The translations under genes and the position numbers were made by a program. Shown here in pieces: positions 49,720 to 59,531 of a stretch of 64,000 bases of DNA. The stretch is taken from positions 64,001 to 128,000 of the forward strand of contig JAXMNT010000010.1 of NCBI GenBank assembly GCA_034670305.1, given 5' to 3'. Position 1 is the stretch's first letter; each line of letters starts with the position of its first letter. This stretch comes from Deltaproteobacteria bacterium. GTDB lineage: Bacteria > Myxococcota_A > Polyangia > Polyangiales > Houyiibacteriaceae. The notes below the pieces were generated by a model that worked only from the letters and a program-made list of their open reading frames with translations, was not told the origin of the DNA and did not search any database.

Positions 49720-50660
49720 TGCGACTCTCTTTGCTTCTGCTTCTCGGACTCACCGGTTGTTTTGCGATCACCGACACCGGCGCGTTCGTGCCCGACGAGG
49801 ACTGCGACCTGCAGCTGCGCGTGCGCAACTTCTCGCCCCACTTGCGCGACAACTTCATCGCGCGTCTGGTCCAGGATCAACCGGACGGCGTCCTGGGCGG
49901 TCCGCAGCAGCACACCTACATCCGGATGGAACCGAACTCCGTCTTGGACATCGACTTCCGCCTGCCGAACTCGGTGCCCGCCCTGCGGCGCGCGGATCAG
50001 ACGCGGCCGCGGATCGAGTTCATCGCCGACGCCAACGGCAACGGCATGCAAGATCCTCCGCCCACGGACCACAGTTGGATCCTTCAGGACGCCTGCTCGA
50101 CCGGTCCGGAGCTCTTCCCCCACAACTTCGACTTCCAAGGCGTCACGCCCCCGGCGGACCTGATCACCCAGGGCGCGGACTTGGTGGTTCGGGTCTGCGG
50201 CCTGTTCGACAATGCGGTGGAGGTCCACCTCGAGACCACCGTGCCGAGTGTCGACGGAGAGCCGGAGCAGGTTCGCGCGACGGGCCTGGTCCGCGTGGCC
50301 AGCTTCCGCGATCGCGGCCGGGACATCGTGTTGCCGGGCGCCGTCGACAGCGGCTTCCAGCAGACCGTCAAAGTGTTCTTCGACAATGGCGACGGAGCCG
50401 GGGGTGGCCCAGACGCCGTGTTCCAGCCCTCGTCCGACGAAGGCTTCGAGTACGTGCATCGGCCGGACTCCATCGTGTTCTGCGCCGACCGACCCCTCGA
50501 GATCCGCGAGTGCACCGTCATGCGGCCGCCCATGGATCCGGTCGCGCCGTGCATGCAGGAAGACGGCACGATGCTCGTGGTCGCCAACCGCATCTTCGGA
50601 CGCAACGAGGTCTCCGAGATCCCGTCGTGGATCGACCTGAGCCCGCCGGCCGAAGACTGA
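49719..50660 (+). CDS. Lipoprotein, unknown function
   Basis: MRLSLLLLLGLTGC lipobox. TGATG overlap with the upstream gene. Confidence 0.78.
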   Translation: MRLSLLLLLGLTGCFAITDTGAFVPDEDCDLQLRVRNFSPHLRDNFIARLVQDQPDGVLGGPQQHTYIRMEPNSVLDIDFRLPNSVPALRRADQTRPRIEFIADANGNGMQDPPPTDHSWILQDACSTGPELFPHNFDFQGVTPPADLITQGADLVVRVCGLFDNAVEVHLETTVPSVDGEPEQVRATGLVRVASFRDRGRDIVLPGAVDSGFQQTVKVFFDNGDGAGGGPDAVFQPSSDEGFEYVHRPDSIVFCADRPLEIRECTVMRPPMDPVAPCMQEDGTMLVVANRIFGRNEVSEIPSWIDLSPPAED

Positions 50661-50669
50661 CGGGTGAGT

Positions 50670-52040
50670 TCAGAGGCGGTCGGTGTGCGGCCGGACCTCG
50701 ACCTCAGTCACCCCGCCGAGCTTCGAGAGCGCGGGCTCCAAGAGCCGGCGGTCCCCCACCGCGACGATCGCGAGGTCGCGCGGTTGGATGCGCTTCGCGA
50801 CCGCTTCGCTCGCGGTGCGCCGGTTCACTGCGCGCACGTCGGACCGGAACCGATCGATCGGTTCGGGGGCCGTGCGACCGACTCGGAGCGCACGCTCGAG
50901 GCGCATGTCGAGCCGCTTGGCCGCGGTGTCTTCATCGAAACAGCGGCCTCGAATGAGCCACTGCTTCGCACGGCCGACCTCGCGGGCACGCAGACCCTCT
51001 GCAGCCCACTCGTCGAGCAACCGCAACTGAAGTTCGGCGCAGTCCGCGAGCCGTTCGGTCGCGGGGTGCGACCACATCTCCCAGGCGTCGCGCACCAGGC
51101 CGACCGAGAGTGAACTGTAGGTGGAGTAGCTGTACCCGTGCACCGTGCGCACCTGATGCGAGAGCCGCGACGTGAAGAGTCCTCCGAACGCCGCGTCGGC
51201 CACCACGAGCGGCATCCGGTGCGGGTCCGAAAACCAGGTCCCGAGCGTGGCGATGCCGAGCTGGGTCTGGGCGCGGTCCGGCTTGTCGATGATCCGGACG
51301 CGGCGACCGCGCGCCATCTTCGGAGTCGGGACCTTCGGTGCGCCCTTCGAGCGGTCCTTGGGCAGATCACTGAAGTGGCGCGCGAGCACCGCCGCCACCT
51401 CTTCGGCGTCCACCGCACCGGCCGCGCCGTAGAGCACGCGGTCGCGGCGGAGCAATGTCCGATGCTGCGCAATCAGCCGGGTGCGATCGATGCGGCCCAG
51501 GCTCGCGTGGGTGCCGCCCACCGGACGGCCGAGCGGATGGTCCCCGAACAAGTGGTTGCGCAGGTGCCGATGGGCGAGTGCTCCGTCGTCGTCGCGCATG
51601 GCATGCAGCGCGGCCCGGATGCGCCGCTTGGCGCGGGCGAGATCGTCGTTGCGGAACGCCGGTTCGCGCACGAGCCTGGCGAGCAGCGCCACCAGCGGTT
51701 CGAAGTTGCGGGCGAGCACCGTCGCCGAGATCCGAATCGAGCGCTGTCCGAGCGTGATGGAGAGACGCGCGCCGAGGCGATCGAGTTGTTCGTCGACCGA
51801 GGACGGCTGCGCGCCGCGCCACCCTCGCCGCAGCAGCCGCGCCATGAGGCGGGTGGTTCCGAGCGCGTCTTCGGGATCCGTGCCCGCGCCGCCCCGCAGA
51901 CACACGACGAAGTCGATGAGCGGGAGGCCAGGCGCGGGTTCGACGAACACGGGCGCGCCTTCGAAGAAGAAACGTTCTCCGGTCGGCGACGCGTTCGATC
52001 GCTTGGCCTTCTTCCGGACCTTGGCAGCCGTCGCGGTCAT
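50670..52040 (-). CDS. M16 peptidase, non-catalytic subunit
   Basis: M16-like fold motifs (FGGLFTSRL..VR...GYSY) with no HxxEH. Confidence 0.85.
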   Translation of the reverse strand: MTATAAKVRKKAKRSNASPTGERFFFEGAPVFVEPAPGLPLIDFVVCLRGGAGTDPEDALGTTRLMARLLRRGWRGAQPSSVDEQLDRLGARLSITLGQRSIRISATVLARNFEPLVALLARLVREPAFRNDDLARAKRRIRAALHAMRDDDGALAHRHLRNHLFGDHPLGRPVGGTHASLGRIDRTRLIAQHRTLLRRDRVLYGAAGAVDAEEVAAVLARHFSDLPKDRSKGAPKVPTPKMARGRRVRIIDKPDRAQTQLGIATLGTWFSDPHRMPLVVADAAFGGLFTSRLSHQVRTVHGYSYSTYSSLSVGLVRDAWEMWSHPATERLADCAELQLRLLDEWAAEGLRAREVGRAKQWLIRGRCFDEDTAAKRLDMRLERALRVGRTAPEPIDRFRSDVRAVNRRTASEAVAKRIQPRDLAIVAVGDRRLLEPALSKLGGVTEVEVRPHTDRL

Positions 52041-53443
52041 CCCGGGGTCACCCGGACGACCGTCCGACGGCGCGGCACGAGCACGGACTTCGCCACGTGC
52101 TGGACCTCCGCCGGCGTCACCGAACGGTACGCTTCGGCACGTTCGAGGGCACCGGTTGGATCGCGAGAAACGAGCGAGTGGAAGCCGACCTGCTCCGCGC
52201 GGCCGCCGACGGTCTCGAGCGAGGTCAGCAGCGACAGCTCGATCCGCGCACACGCCCGCTCCACTTCTTCATCGGTGCAGGGCCGGTCGACCACATGGGC
52301 GACGTGGGCGTCGATGGCTTTCAAGAGCGCGGCCGGGCTCGACTTGGCCGAGCCGATCGCACCGATCTCGAACAGACACGCTTCGGCGAATGGGGGCAGG
52401 TCCGCCCACGCGCTCGTGGCCAGCTCGGTCTCGAGCACCATCGAGCGGTACGCGCGGGAGCCTCGGCCCCCGAACAGAATCTCGCTGAGTACCCGCAGCA
52501 CCACCCATTCGCGGCTCCGGTAGCCCGGACCTCGGTACCCGACGAAGACCCGCGGCGCGGACGCCGCCAAGGTCAGTTCGACCGAACGTTCGGTTCGCTG
52601 GCCGGCCGGTGCGGTCGGCGTGCGGCGGCGCACCCGAGTGCGCCGGAGGTCTTGGTAGTTCTTGCGAATCGCGCGCAGCAGCGACAGCTCGTCGAACGCC
52701 CCCGCCACCACCACCGTCGCGTTCGAGGGCGCATACCAGCGCGTGTGAAACGCGCGGCAGTCGGCCACCGAGAGGTGCTCGATGTCGCGTTGCCAGCCGA
52801 GCGTTGGGTGGCCGTAGGCGTGTTTGCGGAACGCGTGTTTCCACAGCTGCTCGCCCGCCACTCCGTCAACGTCGTCGTCGACCCGATCCCGCCGTTCGCT
52901 GAGCACCACCTGCCGTTCGGCATCCACATCGTCCGGCTCCAGCGAGAGCCCGCGCATGCGATCGGCTTCGAGCTGCATCACGACGTCGAGACACCCCTCG
53001 GGCACGTCGTCCTGGTAGTAGGTCCAGTCGGTCCACGTCGCCGCGTTGTTGTCGCCGCCCACGTCCTCGAGCAGCTCGTCGAGCACGCCGGCCTCGAACT
53101 TCGGCGTACCGAGAAACATCAGGTGCTCGAGAAAATGCGCGAGCCCGGTCTTGCCCGGCTGCTCGTTTGCAGAGCCGACCTGAAACCAGGTCTGGTAGCT
53201 GACCACTGGCGCGCTCGGATCCTGGAGCAGCCGGATGGTGAGGCCGTTGTCGAGCCGGTAGCTCCGCAGCTGGTGCGCCAGGTACGGCTGTTCCCCGAGC
53301 AAGCGCACCTTCGCCGCTTGGGCGAGCTTGTCCGCCGCCCCGGTCTTGCCCGCCTTGGTCTTGCCCGCCTTGGTCGTGCGCGCTTGGGTCGTGCGCGTCT
53401 TGGTCGTGCGCGTCTTGGTCGCCTTGGTCGTGCGGGCACTCAT
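52037..53443 (-). CDS. M16 zinc peptidase, catalytic subunit
   Basis: LDNGL, GLAHFLEHLMF (HxxEH), NAAT, EADRM. N-terminal Lys/Thr/Arg pentapeptide repeats. Confidence 0.92.
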   Translation of the reverse strand: MSARTTKATKTRTTKTRTTQARTTKAGKTKAGKTGAADKLAQAAKVRLLGEQPYLAHQLRSYRLDNGLTIRLLQDPSAPVVSYQTWFQVGSANEQPGKTGLAHFLEHLMFLGTPKFEAGVLDELLEDVGGDNNAATWTDWTYYQDDVPEGCLDVVMQLEADRMRGLSLEPDDVDAERQVVLSERRDRVDDDVDGVAGEQLWKHAFRKHAYGHPTLGWQRDIEHLSVADCRAFHTRWYAPSNATVVVAGAFDELSLLRAIRKNYQDLRRTRVRRRTPTAPAGQRTERSVELTLAASAPRVFVGYRGPGYRSREWVVLRVLSEILFGGRGSRAYRSMVLETELATSAWADLPPFAEACLFEIGAIGSAKSSPAALLKAIDAHVAHVVDRPCTDEEVERACARIELSLLTSLETVGGRAEQVGFHSLVSRDPTGALERAEAYRSVTPAEVQHVAKSVLVPRRRTVVRVTPG

Positions 53444-54111
53444 TGCGTGGGACGGGCTCCGCAGTTCGAGCACTTCATGTCGTGCGCCAGAAACGCTTGG
53501 TTGCAGTACACGCAGATCTGGTGCCCCGGCCGGGTCTCTTTCTTCACCGAGAGCAGCGTGGGCGAGCCGCCCATCACGCCCGAGGCCTGCGCCACCTGCG
53601 CGTGCGCGAACCGGTCTGGTGTCCACGCGGCGATCTTGCGCAGCTCGGCAACCACTGCCCCGAGATCTTGGTCGTCGGAGACGCTGTCGAGCGGCATCGT
53701 GCTGCCGACCCGGAACCCGGCGATGACGCCTCCGCTGAGACCACAGCCGCATTGTTCGATCGCAATGGCCGACGTCATGGGACCGACGAACGCATGCGTG
53801 GCGGTCGGCGCCGCCCGCACCAGGTCGAGCGCCGCTTCGCGCGCCGCCGCCGCACCCGCGATCTGCGCGTGCCGCCCGATCAGCTCCCGAACGTACGCTT
53901 CGTCGTCCGCGCCCTCGAAGCGCAAGAAGAAGATGAGGTCGCGCGACTTCGGTGCCGGCGCCACGGCACTCGGCGCGTGGGGCGCTTGTGTAGAGGAGCC
54001 GCGCGCAGCCCGCACCACGAAGAACACGATCGCCCCCACCGCTGCGAGCAGGACGAGGACCCCGCAGATGATGGCCATCTCCATGGCGCCCATTCCGATT
54101 CCAGAATTCAT
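53440..54111 (-). CDS. Membrane-anchored protein with C-terminal zinc ribbon
   Basis: N-terminal TM and CVYC-x10-CSNC. Confidence 0.7.
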   Translation of the reverse strand: MNSGIGMGAMEMAIICGVLVLLAAVGAIVFFVVRAARGSSTQAPHAPSAVAPAPKSRDLIFFLRFEGADDEAYVRELIGRHAQIAGAAAAREAALDLVRAAPTATHAFVGPMTSAIAIEQCGCGLSGGVIAGFRVGSTMPLDSVSDDQDLGAVVAELRKIAAWTPDRFAHAQVAQASGVMGGSPTLLSVKKETRPGHQICVYCNQAFLAHDMKCSNCGARPTQ

Positions 54112-54252
54112 CGAACGCGCATCCTACGCGAAGCACCGCCACACACCAGCCGGGCATCGCGCCTGGCGGCGCTGGCAAGGGAACGGTGGCTCGCTTCGCT
54201 CGCCTCCGTTTTCTGACACACCCATGTGGATCATGGGAGGGTGGCACCTTCG

Positions 54253-56064
54253 ATGACGCTCCTGAGCCTACCCACCGCCGCCGCGCGCATCCGCGAGACG
54301 CGCCGGGCGGCTTCGACGCGGCGTGCGCCGAGCCCGTACTTCTTCGTATGCGGCGCGGGCATCTCGGTCCCATCGGTGCCCCTCGCGTGGGCGATCGAGA
54401 AGGAATGTCGCGAGCGGGCCGAGTCGCTCGGACTGACCACCGCGGACGGTCCGGACGATCCGGCGGGCGGGTACTCGTTCTGGCTCGAGCAAGCGTACCC
54501 AGACCCCGACCAGCGGCGGCTCTACTTCCGCGAGAAGATCGAAGGCCGCCCTCTGACCGACGCGAACCTTCGGCTCGCGCACCTGCTCTCCGACGGCGCG
54601 CTCACCCGCTTCTTGGTCACCACCAACTTCGACGACTTCGTCAGCCGCAGCCTCCACTTGTTCGGGCAGCCGCACGTGGTGTGCGACCACCCCGCGACCA
54701 CCGCGCGCATCGATCTGGACTCGACCGACGTGCAGATCGCGCACGTGCACGGCACGTACTGGTTCTACGATCTCGTGAACACCGACGTGGAGATCTCGGA
54801 CCGCGCCAAGGGCGTGCGCGCGGGGACCGGCATGAGCGAGCTGCTCGGTGACCTCCTGCGTGGACGCGCGCCGCTCGTGCTCGGCTACTCCGGCTGGGAG
54901 GGCGACGTGTTGATGAACGCACTGAAGCAACGGCTCAAGGCCGGGCTGCGGCATCAGCTCTACTGGTTCTGTTACAACCGCGACGCGCTCGTCTCGCTCC
55001 CGACCTGGCTGACCGGCCACCCCAACGCGTGTTTCGTGGTGCCGGAAGACGGCGAGACCCTGAGCGCCGACCGGGTGCTCGACGAGCTGCTCCGGGTCTT
55101 CAAGGTCGACGCCCCGCCGCTCACCCGCGACCCGCTCGGCTTCTTCGCGGATCGTCTCCGAGAGAGTGCGCCGCGCCGCGCGCCGGACGCACCACCGGAT
55201 CTGTACTTCTTCGAAGACTTGGTGCGCCGGGTCGAAGATGCGGCCCGCCGCTCGACCGACGGCCACGCGGTGATCGCCGCGATCGAGTCGGTCCGCGATG
55301 CCGTCCGCCGCGGCCACTACGCGAGCGCTGCGCAACGGGCCTCCCGCATCTCGCTCGCGGGACTGAAGAAGGCGCTCCGGCGCAACCTCGCCGACGCGCT
55401 CTGGCCCGCGGTCAGCCGCGGAGGCCGGAGCGCCGCGGAGGACCTGCGGATCGCCGATGCGTTCCTCCGGATCGTGGACGCGGGCCCTTCCGGGATCGTC
55501 TCGTCCGGTCGCTACGCGGCCGTGCTGATCGGCCGGGTCGGCGCACTGCACCGACAAGGCCACCACCGCCGGACCCGCGCCGCCGTCGCCGACGCGCTGA
55601 CCCGCCTCGGCTCGATGCTCTCGCGCATGCCCCGCGCCCACCACCGGCTGCTCCGCCTCGAAGCCCGCAGCCTCGCCGCGGAACGCCGCTTCAAAGCCGC
55701 GCTCGTGAAGTACGAGTCGCTCCCCGGCGACTTCGATTCCGCCACCGACGCGCGACTGCGGGTCGCGGTGTGCGGAGGCGAGCGCGAACGCGCCGCCGTG
55801 CTCGCCGAGCTCGACCGGCTGCCGGAGGCCGAGGTCATCCTCGACGTGCTCACCCGGCGATTGAAGAAGTGGCGCGCCCGAACGGCGCAACGGGAGCTGG
55901 TGCTCGTGCTGAGCCTGCGCGCCGACCTCGCGAGCGCACTCGGCCACGAAGACGCCGCCGACGAACACCGCCTCGCCGCCGCCGAAGTCGCCGGGGAACT
56001 CGCCGCGCACCCAACCGGGGTCCCGAGCCGCACCGTGAGTGGCTTCCCCGCCCCCAGCGAGTAG
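54253..56064 (+). CDS. SIR2-like (SIR2_2) domain protein with helical/TPR-like C-terminus
   Basis: CGAGIS, VTTNFDD, HVHG and VLGYSG...D sirtuin motifs. Confidence 0.85.
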   Translation: MTLLSLPTAAARIRETRRAASTRRAPSPYFFVCGAGISVPSVPLAWAIEKECRERAESLGLTTADGPDDPAGGYSFWLEQAYPDPDQRRLYFREKIEGRPLTDANLRLAHLLSDGALTRFLVTTNFDDFVSRSLHLFGQPHVVCDHPATTARIDLDSTDVQIAHVHGTYWFYDLVNTDVEISDRAKGVRAGTGMSELLGDLLRGRAPLVLGYSGWEGDVLMNALKQRLKAGLRHQLYWFCYNRDALVSLPTWLTGHPNACFVVPEDGETLSADRVLDELLRVFKVDAPPLTRDPLGFFADRLRESAPRRAPDAPPDLYFFEDLVRRVEDAARRSTDGHAVIAAIESVRDAVRRGHYASAAQRASRISLAGLKKALRRNLADALWPAVSRGGRSAAEDLRIADAFLRIVDAGPSGIVSSGRYAAVLIGRVGALHRQGHHRRTRAAVADALTRLGSMLSRMPRAHHRLLRLEARSLAAERRFKAALVKYESLPGDFDSATDARLRVAVCGGERERAAVLAELDRLPEAEVILDVLTRRLKKWRARTAQRELVLVLSLRADLASALGHEDAADEHRLAAAEVAGELAAHPTGVPSRTVSGFPAPSE

Positions 56065-56116
56065 AACACTGCGGATCGCTCGCACACGCCTCGCGGATGC
56101 GATCTACCCTCGCGCG

Positions 56117-57478
56117 ATGCCGACCTCGATGATCGACGATGCCGCACTCCAAGACGACGCGCTCCGCCTGCTGACCGACCTGCTTCGCATCCCGAGCGTG
56201 AACCCGCCAGGGGACGAGCGGGCGGCGGCGGACTATGTGGCGCGGGAGCTGACCCAGGCGGGCATCGAACCCACGGTGCTCGAGTCCAGCGCGGGGCGGG
56301 TGAATGTGGTGGGGCGGGTGAAGGGCAGTGGGCAGAACGCGCCGCTGCTTCTGACCGGGCACCTCGATGTGGTGCCGGTGGAGCCGGAGCATTGGACGCA
56401 TCCGCCGTTCGATGGAGTCACGGCCGACGGGTGTCTCTACGGGCGCGGCGCGGTGGACATGAAGAACCACGTCGCAGCCAGCCTCGCGATCATCAAGCGG
56501 CTCAAACAAGACGCGGTGGCGCTCGATCGGGATGTGATCTTCGCGGCGGTCGCCGACGAAGAACAAGGGTGCCGCGCCGGGTCGCTCTGGCTCTGCGAAC
56601 ATCATCGCGACTTGGTGTCGGCCGAGTACGCGCTCGGGGAAGGCGGCGGCTTCAGCCTGCACGTGGGCGGCCGCTGCTTCTACCCGGTGCAGGTCGCCGA
56701 GAAGGGCGTCTGTTGGCTCAAGGCCAGCGTCGATGGACCGCCCGGCCATGGCTCGATGCCGCGGGAAGACTCGGCGGCGCTGCAACTCTGTCAGCGGATC
56801 GCCAACCTCACCCCGACCGCCCTGCCCGCCCACCGCACACCCATCGTCGAAGCGTTCCTCCAAGAGCTCGTGGATGCCATCGCGCCCAACATGCCCGGCC
56901 TGCGCGGAATGGCGCAGCAGCTCGTGGCGCGTCCGGCCGCGCTTCGTTCGCTCATCGCGAAGGTGCCCGACCCCACGGTGCGCATGGGTCTGCTCGCGAT
57001 GCTCTCGAACACCGCGAGCCCCACGATGCTGCGTTCCGGCGACAGCGTGAACGTCATCCCGGGCACCGCGAGCGTCGAGATCGATGGCCGGCTCTTGCCG
57101 GGGCACACCGAAGCGAGTTTCCTCGCCGAGCTGCGCGGGGTGCTCGGCGACGACGTGACGTTCGAAGTCACCCACTCGATGCCCGCGGTCGAAGCGAACC
57201 CGTGGAAGGGCCCGCTCTACCACTTGATCGAAGAGGTCATGAGCACCCGCGCGCCGGGCTGCCCGGTGGTCCCCTACATGCTCCCCGGGTTCACCGACGC
57301 CAAAGCGTTCGCGGGCATCGGCGCCACCTGGGTCGGCTTTGCACCGATCAAGCTTCCCAAAGAGCTCCGGTTCGCCGACCTCTTTCATGCGCACGACGAA
57401 CGCATCCCAGTGGACGGCTTCCGCTGGGGCGTGAGTGTGCTGAGCGAGATCGTGACCAGCTGGGCCACGCCCGGCTAG
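56117..57478 (+). CDS. M20 family metallopeptidase / deacylase
   Basis: GHLDVVP, GRGAVDMK, ADEE, GHGS, PGFTD and HAHDE. Confidence 0.92.
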   Translation: MPTSMIDDAALQDDALRLLTDLLRIPSVNPPGDERAAADYVARELTQAGIEPTVLESSAGRVNVVGRVKGSGQNAPLLLTGHLDVVPVEPEHWTHPPFDGVTADGCLYGRGAVDMKNHVAASLAIIKRLKQDAVALDRDVIFAAVADEEQGCRAGSLWLCEHHRDLVSAEYALGEGGGFSLHVGGRCFYPVQVAEKGVCWLKASVDGPPGHGSMPREDSAALQLCQRIANLTPTALPAHRTPIVEAFLQELVDAIAPNMPGLRGMAQQLVARPAALRSLIAKVPDPTVRMGLLAMLSNTASPTMLRSGDSVNVIPGTASVEIDGRLLPGHTEASFLAELRGVLGDDVTFEVTHSMPAVEANPWKGPLYHLIEEVMSTRAPGCPVVPYMLPGFTDAKAFAGIGATWVGFAPIKLPKELRFADLFHAHDERIPVDGFRWGVSVLSEIVTSWATPG

Positions 57479-58764
57479 AACGTCTTCGGTTCCGTCTTCG
57501 GGGTGTCGATGCGGGACGACTCTTCGAGGGTCATGCCGGTGGTCTCGGGCAGGAACGCGTAGATGAGGCCGATGGCGACGAAGTTGAACACGGCGAGCGA
57601 CGCGACGACCGGGCCGAACGCTTCGGTCTTGCTGACGAGGTAGCCGACCACGAACGGGCTGATCACGTAGCCGAGCCGTCCAATGAGGTTGTTGGCCCAG
57701 GCGTACGCGACGCCGCGCAGCTTCGTGGGGAAGAGCTCGGTCGAGTAGGCGTTGAGCACTGGCATGTACGCACTCGCGGCAAAGATGCCGGCCATGAGCG
57801 CGATGGTGAGCGCCCAGAAGCCGTGAAGCAGGTAGCAGCAGCACACCCCGATGGCGCCGATGGTGAAGATGAGCGCCGCACCGCGCCGCCGGCCAACGAT
57901 GTCGATGAGTCGACCAGCGTAGAAGACGAAGGGCATCGAACCGACGGCCGCGATGCTGATCGCCAAACCCACTTCGCCATCGGTGAACCCGCGTTCGCCC
58001 ATCGCGAACTCTTTCCAGAACGCGACCGCGTTCTGCGCGGGGATGTACGCCACGAACCAGATGAGCGCGAGCAAGAGCAGCCGCTTGGCGTAGGGCGTCG
58101 ACCAAATCTCCATCAAGCCCATCGGCGGCTCGGCCTTGGCCTTCTCGAACGCGTCCGTCTCCTTGAGCGAACGCCGGGCGAACGCCAGGATCAGGAGCGG
58201 CACGATGCCGACGAGGTACACGCTGCGCCAGCCGTACTCCGTGTTGAGCAGCAGCGGCACGACGCCCGCGCAGAAGATGGCGCCGAGGCTCGAGCAACCT
58301 TGAATGACGCCCATCACCATGCCGCGTCTCGCGGCAGGAAACTCTTCGGCCGCGATGACCATGCTGATCGCCCACTCACCGATCAAGAAGATGCGCGCGA
58401 CGAGCTGCAGCACCGCGAACACCCACACGTTCGGCGCCAGGCCCGACGCGAACGTGCATAAGGTGTAGCCCGCGATCGTGATCGTCAGGACGCGTTTGCG
58501 TCCCCACACATCGGCTTTGCGGACGATCCAAAACGCCAGGATCGTGCCGAAGTTGATGAACCCGATGAGGTACCCCGACGCCGAAGGCGGCAGGTCGAGA
58601 TCGGCGCGCAGGTTCGGGAGTATCTGCGTCAGCGCGAGGAAGTCGTACCCTTCGAAGAAGGTCGCGACGCTCAAGAACAGAAACAGCCGCTTCTGGTACT
58701 GGGTCAGTTTGCCGCCGGGGGCCGCGGGCGCGCCACCACCGGCCATGGGTGCACCACCGGCCAC
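57475..58764 (-). CDS. MFS transporter
   Basis: FFEGYD, ADVWGRKR, EEFPAARRG, ELFPTKLRG and LPET. Start may be 58746. Confidence 0.9.
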   Translation of the reverse strand: MAGGAPMAGGGAPAAPGGKLTQYQKRLFLFLSVATFFEGYDFLALTQILPNLRADLDLPPSASGYLIGFINFGTILAFWIVRKADVWGRKRVLTITIAGYTLCTFASGLAPNVWVFAVLQLVARIFLIGEWAISMVIAAEEFPAARRGMVMGVIQGCSSLGAIFCAGVVPLLLNTEYGWRSVYLVGIVPLLILAFARRSLKETDAFEKAKAEPPMGLMEIWSTPYAKRLLLLALIWFVAYIPAQNAVAFWKEFAMGERGFTDGEVGLAISIAAVGSMPFVFYAGRLIDIVGRRRGAALIFTIGAIGVCCCYLLHGFWALTIALMAGIFAASAYMPVLNAYSTELFPTKLRGVAYAWANNLIGRLGYVISPFVVGYLVSKTEAFGPVVASLAVFNFVAIGLIYAFLPETTGMTLEESSRIDTPKTEPKTF

Positions 58765-58821
58765 CGGATCAGAAGGTTCCCAGGTAGCAGCCGCAGAAAC
58801 CCCTGAACTCGGCGGGAAGGT

Positions 58822-59385
58822 TCATGCGTCGAGCGCGGCCTTGATGTCGGCTTCTTCGACGACTCGACTGTTGGCGATCAACTCCTTCACGAAGTCGTCG
58901 TAGGTGAGGCCTTCGTCGTCGCAGTACTGCTTCACCGCGGTCGGCAACATGTAGCCGGCGCCGGTGCGCACGAACGATCCGGTGTCGATCTCGCGCTCGA
59001 CCGCGATGCGGACTTCGCCCTTCGGGATCTTCTCGCCGGTGACGATGCAGCTGGCCCGACCGGTCGGCGCGCGGTCTGCGTAGGGGAACGCGCCGGGCTT
59101 CTTCTTCTCTTTCTTGGCGCCCTCTTCGATCAGCTTGTCGATCTCGGCGCGGTCCGGGATGTCCCCGTCGAACGCTTCGATCGCCTTCTTCACCTTGGAC
59201 GGGAACTTCTTCGCGGCGGCTTTGAGCTTGTGCCAGCGGTACGAGATGCTGCCGCTCGACGAGAAGGTGTTCACGAACGCTTCGCCGAACCGAAGTTCGC
59301 CCTTGGCGATCTTCTCGCCGGTGCTCCGGCACTTGGCGCGCCCCGACGGCGAAACCTCGATGATGTCGATCAACTCCTCGGCCAT
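58822..59385 (-). CDS. Tandem PARP-type zinc-finger-like protein (degenerate ligands)
   Basis: Two repeats, SPSGRAKC...KIAKGELRFG and APTGRASC...KIPKGEVRI. GGAGGAG precedes the ATG at 59385. Confidence 0.8.
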   Translation of the reverse strand: MAEELIDIIEVSPSGRAKCRSTGEKIAKGELRFGEAFVNTFSSSGSISYRWHKLKAAAKKFPSKVKKAIEAFDGDIPDRAEIDKLIEEGAKKEKKKPGAFPYADRAPTGRASCIVTGEKIPKGEVRIAVEREIDTGSFVRTGAGYMLPTAVKQYCDDEGLTYDDFVKELIANSRVVEEADIKAALDA

Positions 59386-59531
59386 TGCACTTCTCCTCCA
59401 GCGGCGCCCATCGGTTGGGGCGGCGAACCGGCGTACCGTACGAGAGAGTTCCACCGATCGACAAGAACGATGGTCTTCCCGGTTTGGGGGACGTTTGGCA
59501 GACGCCCCATGGCCCGTGCTATGAGCCCTGC

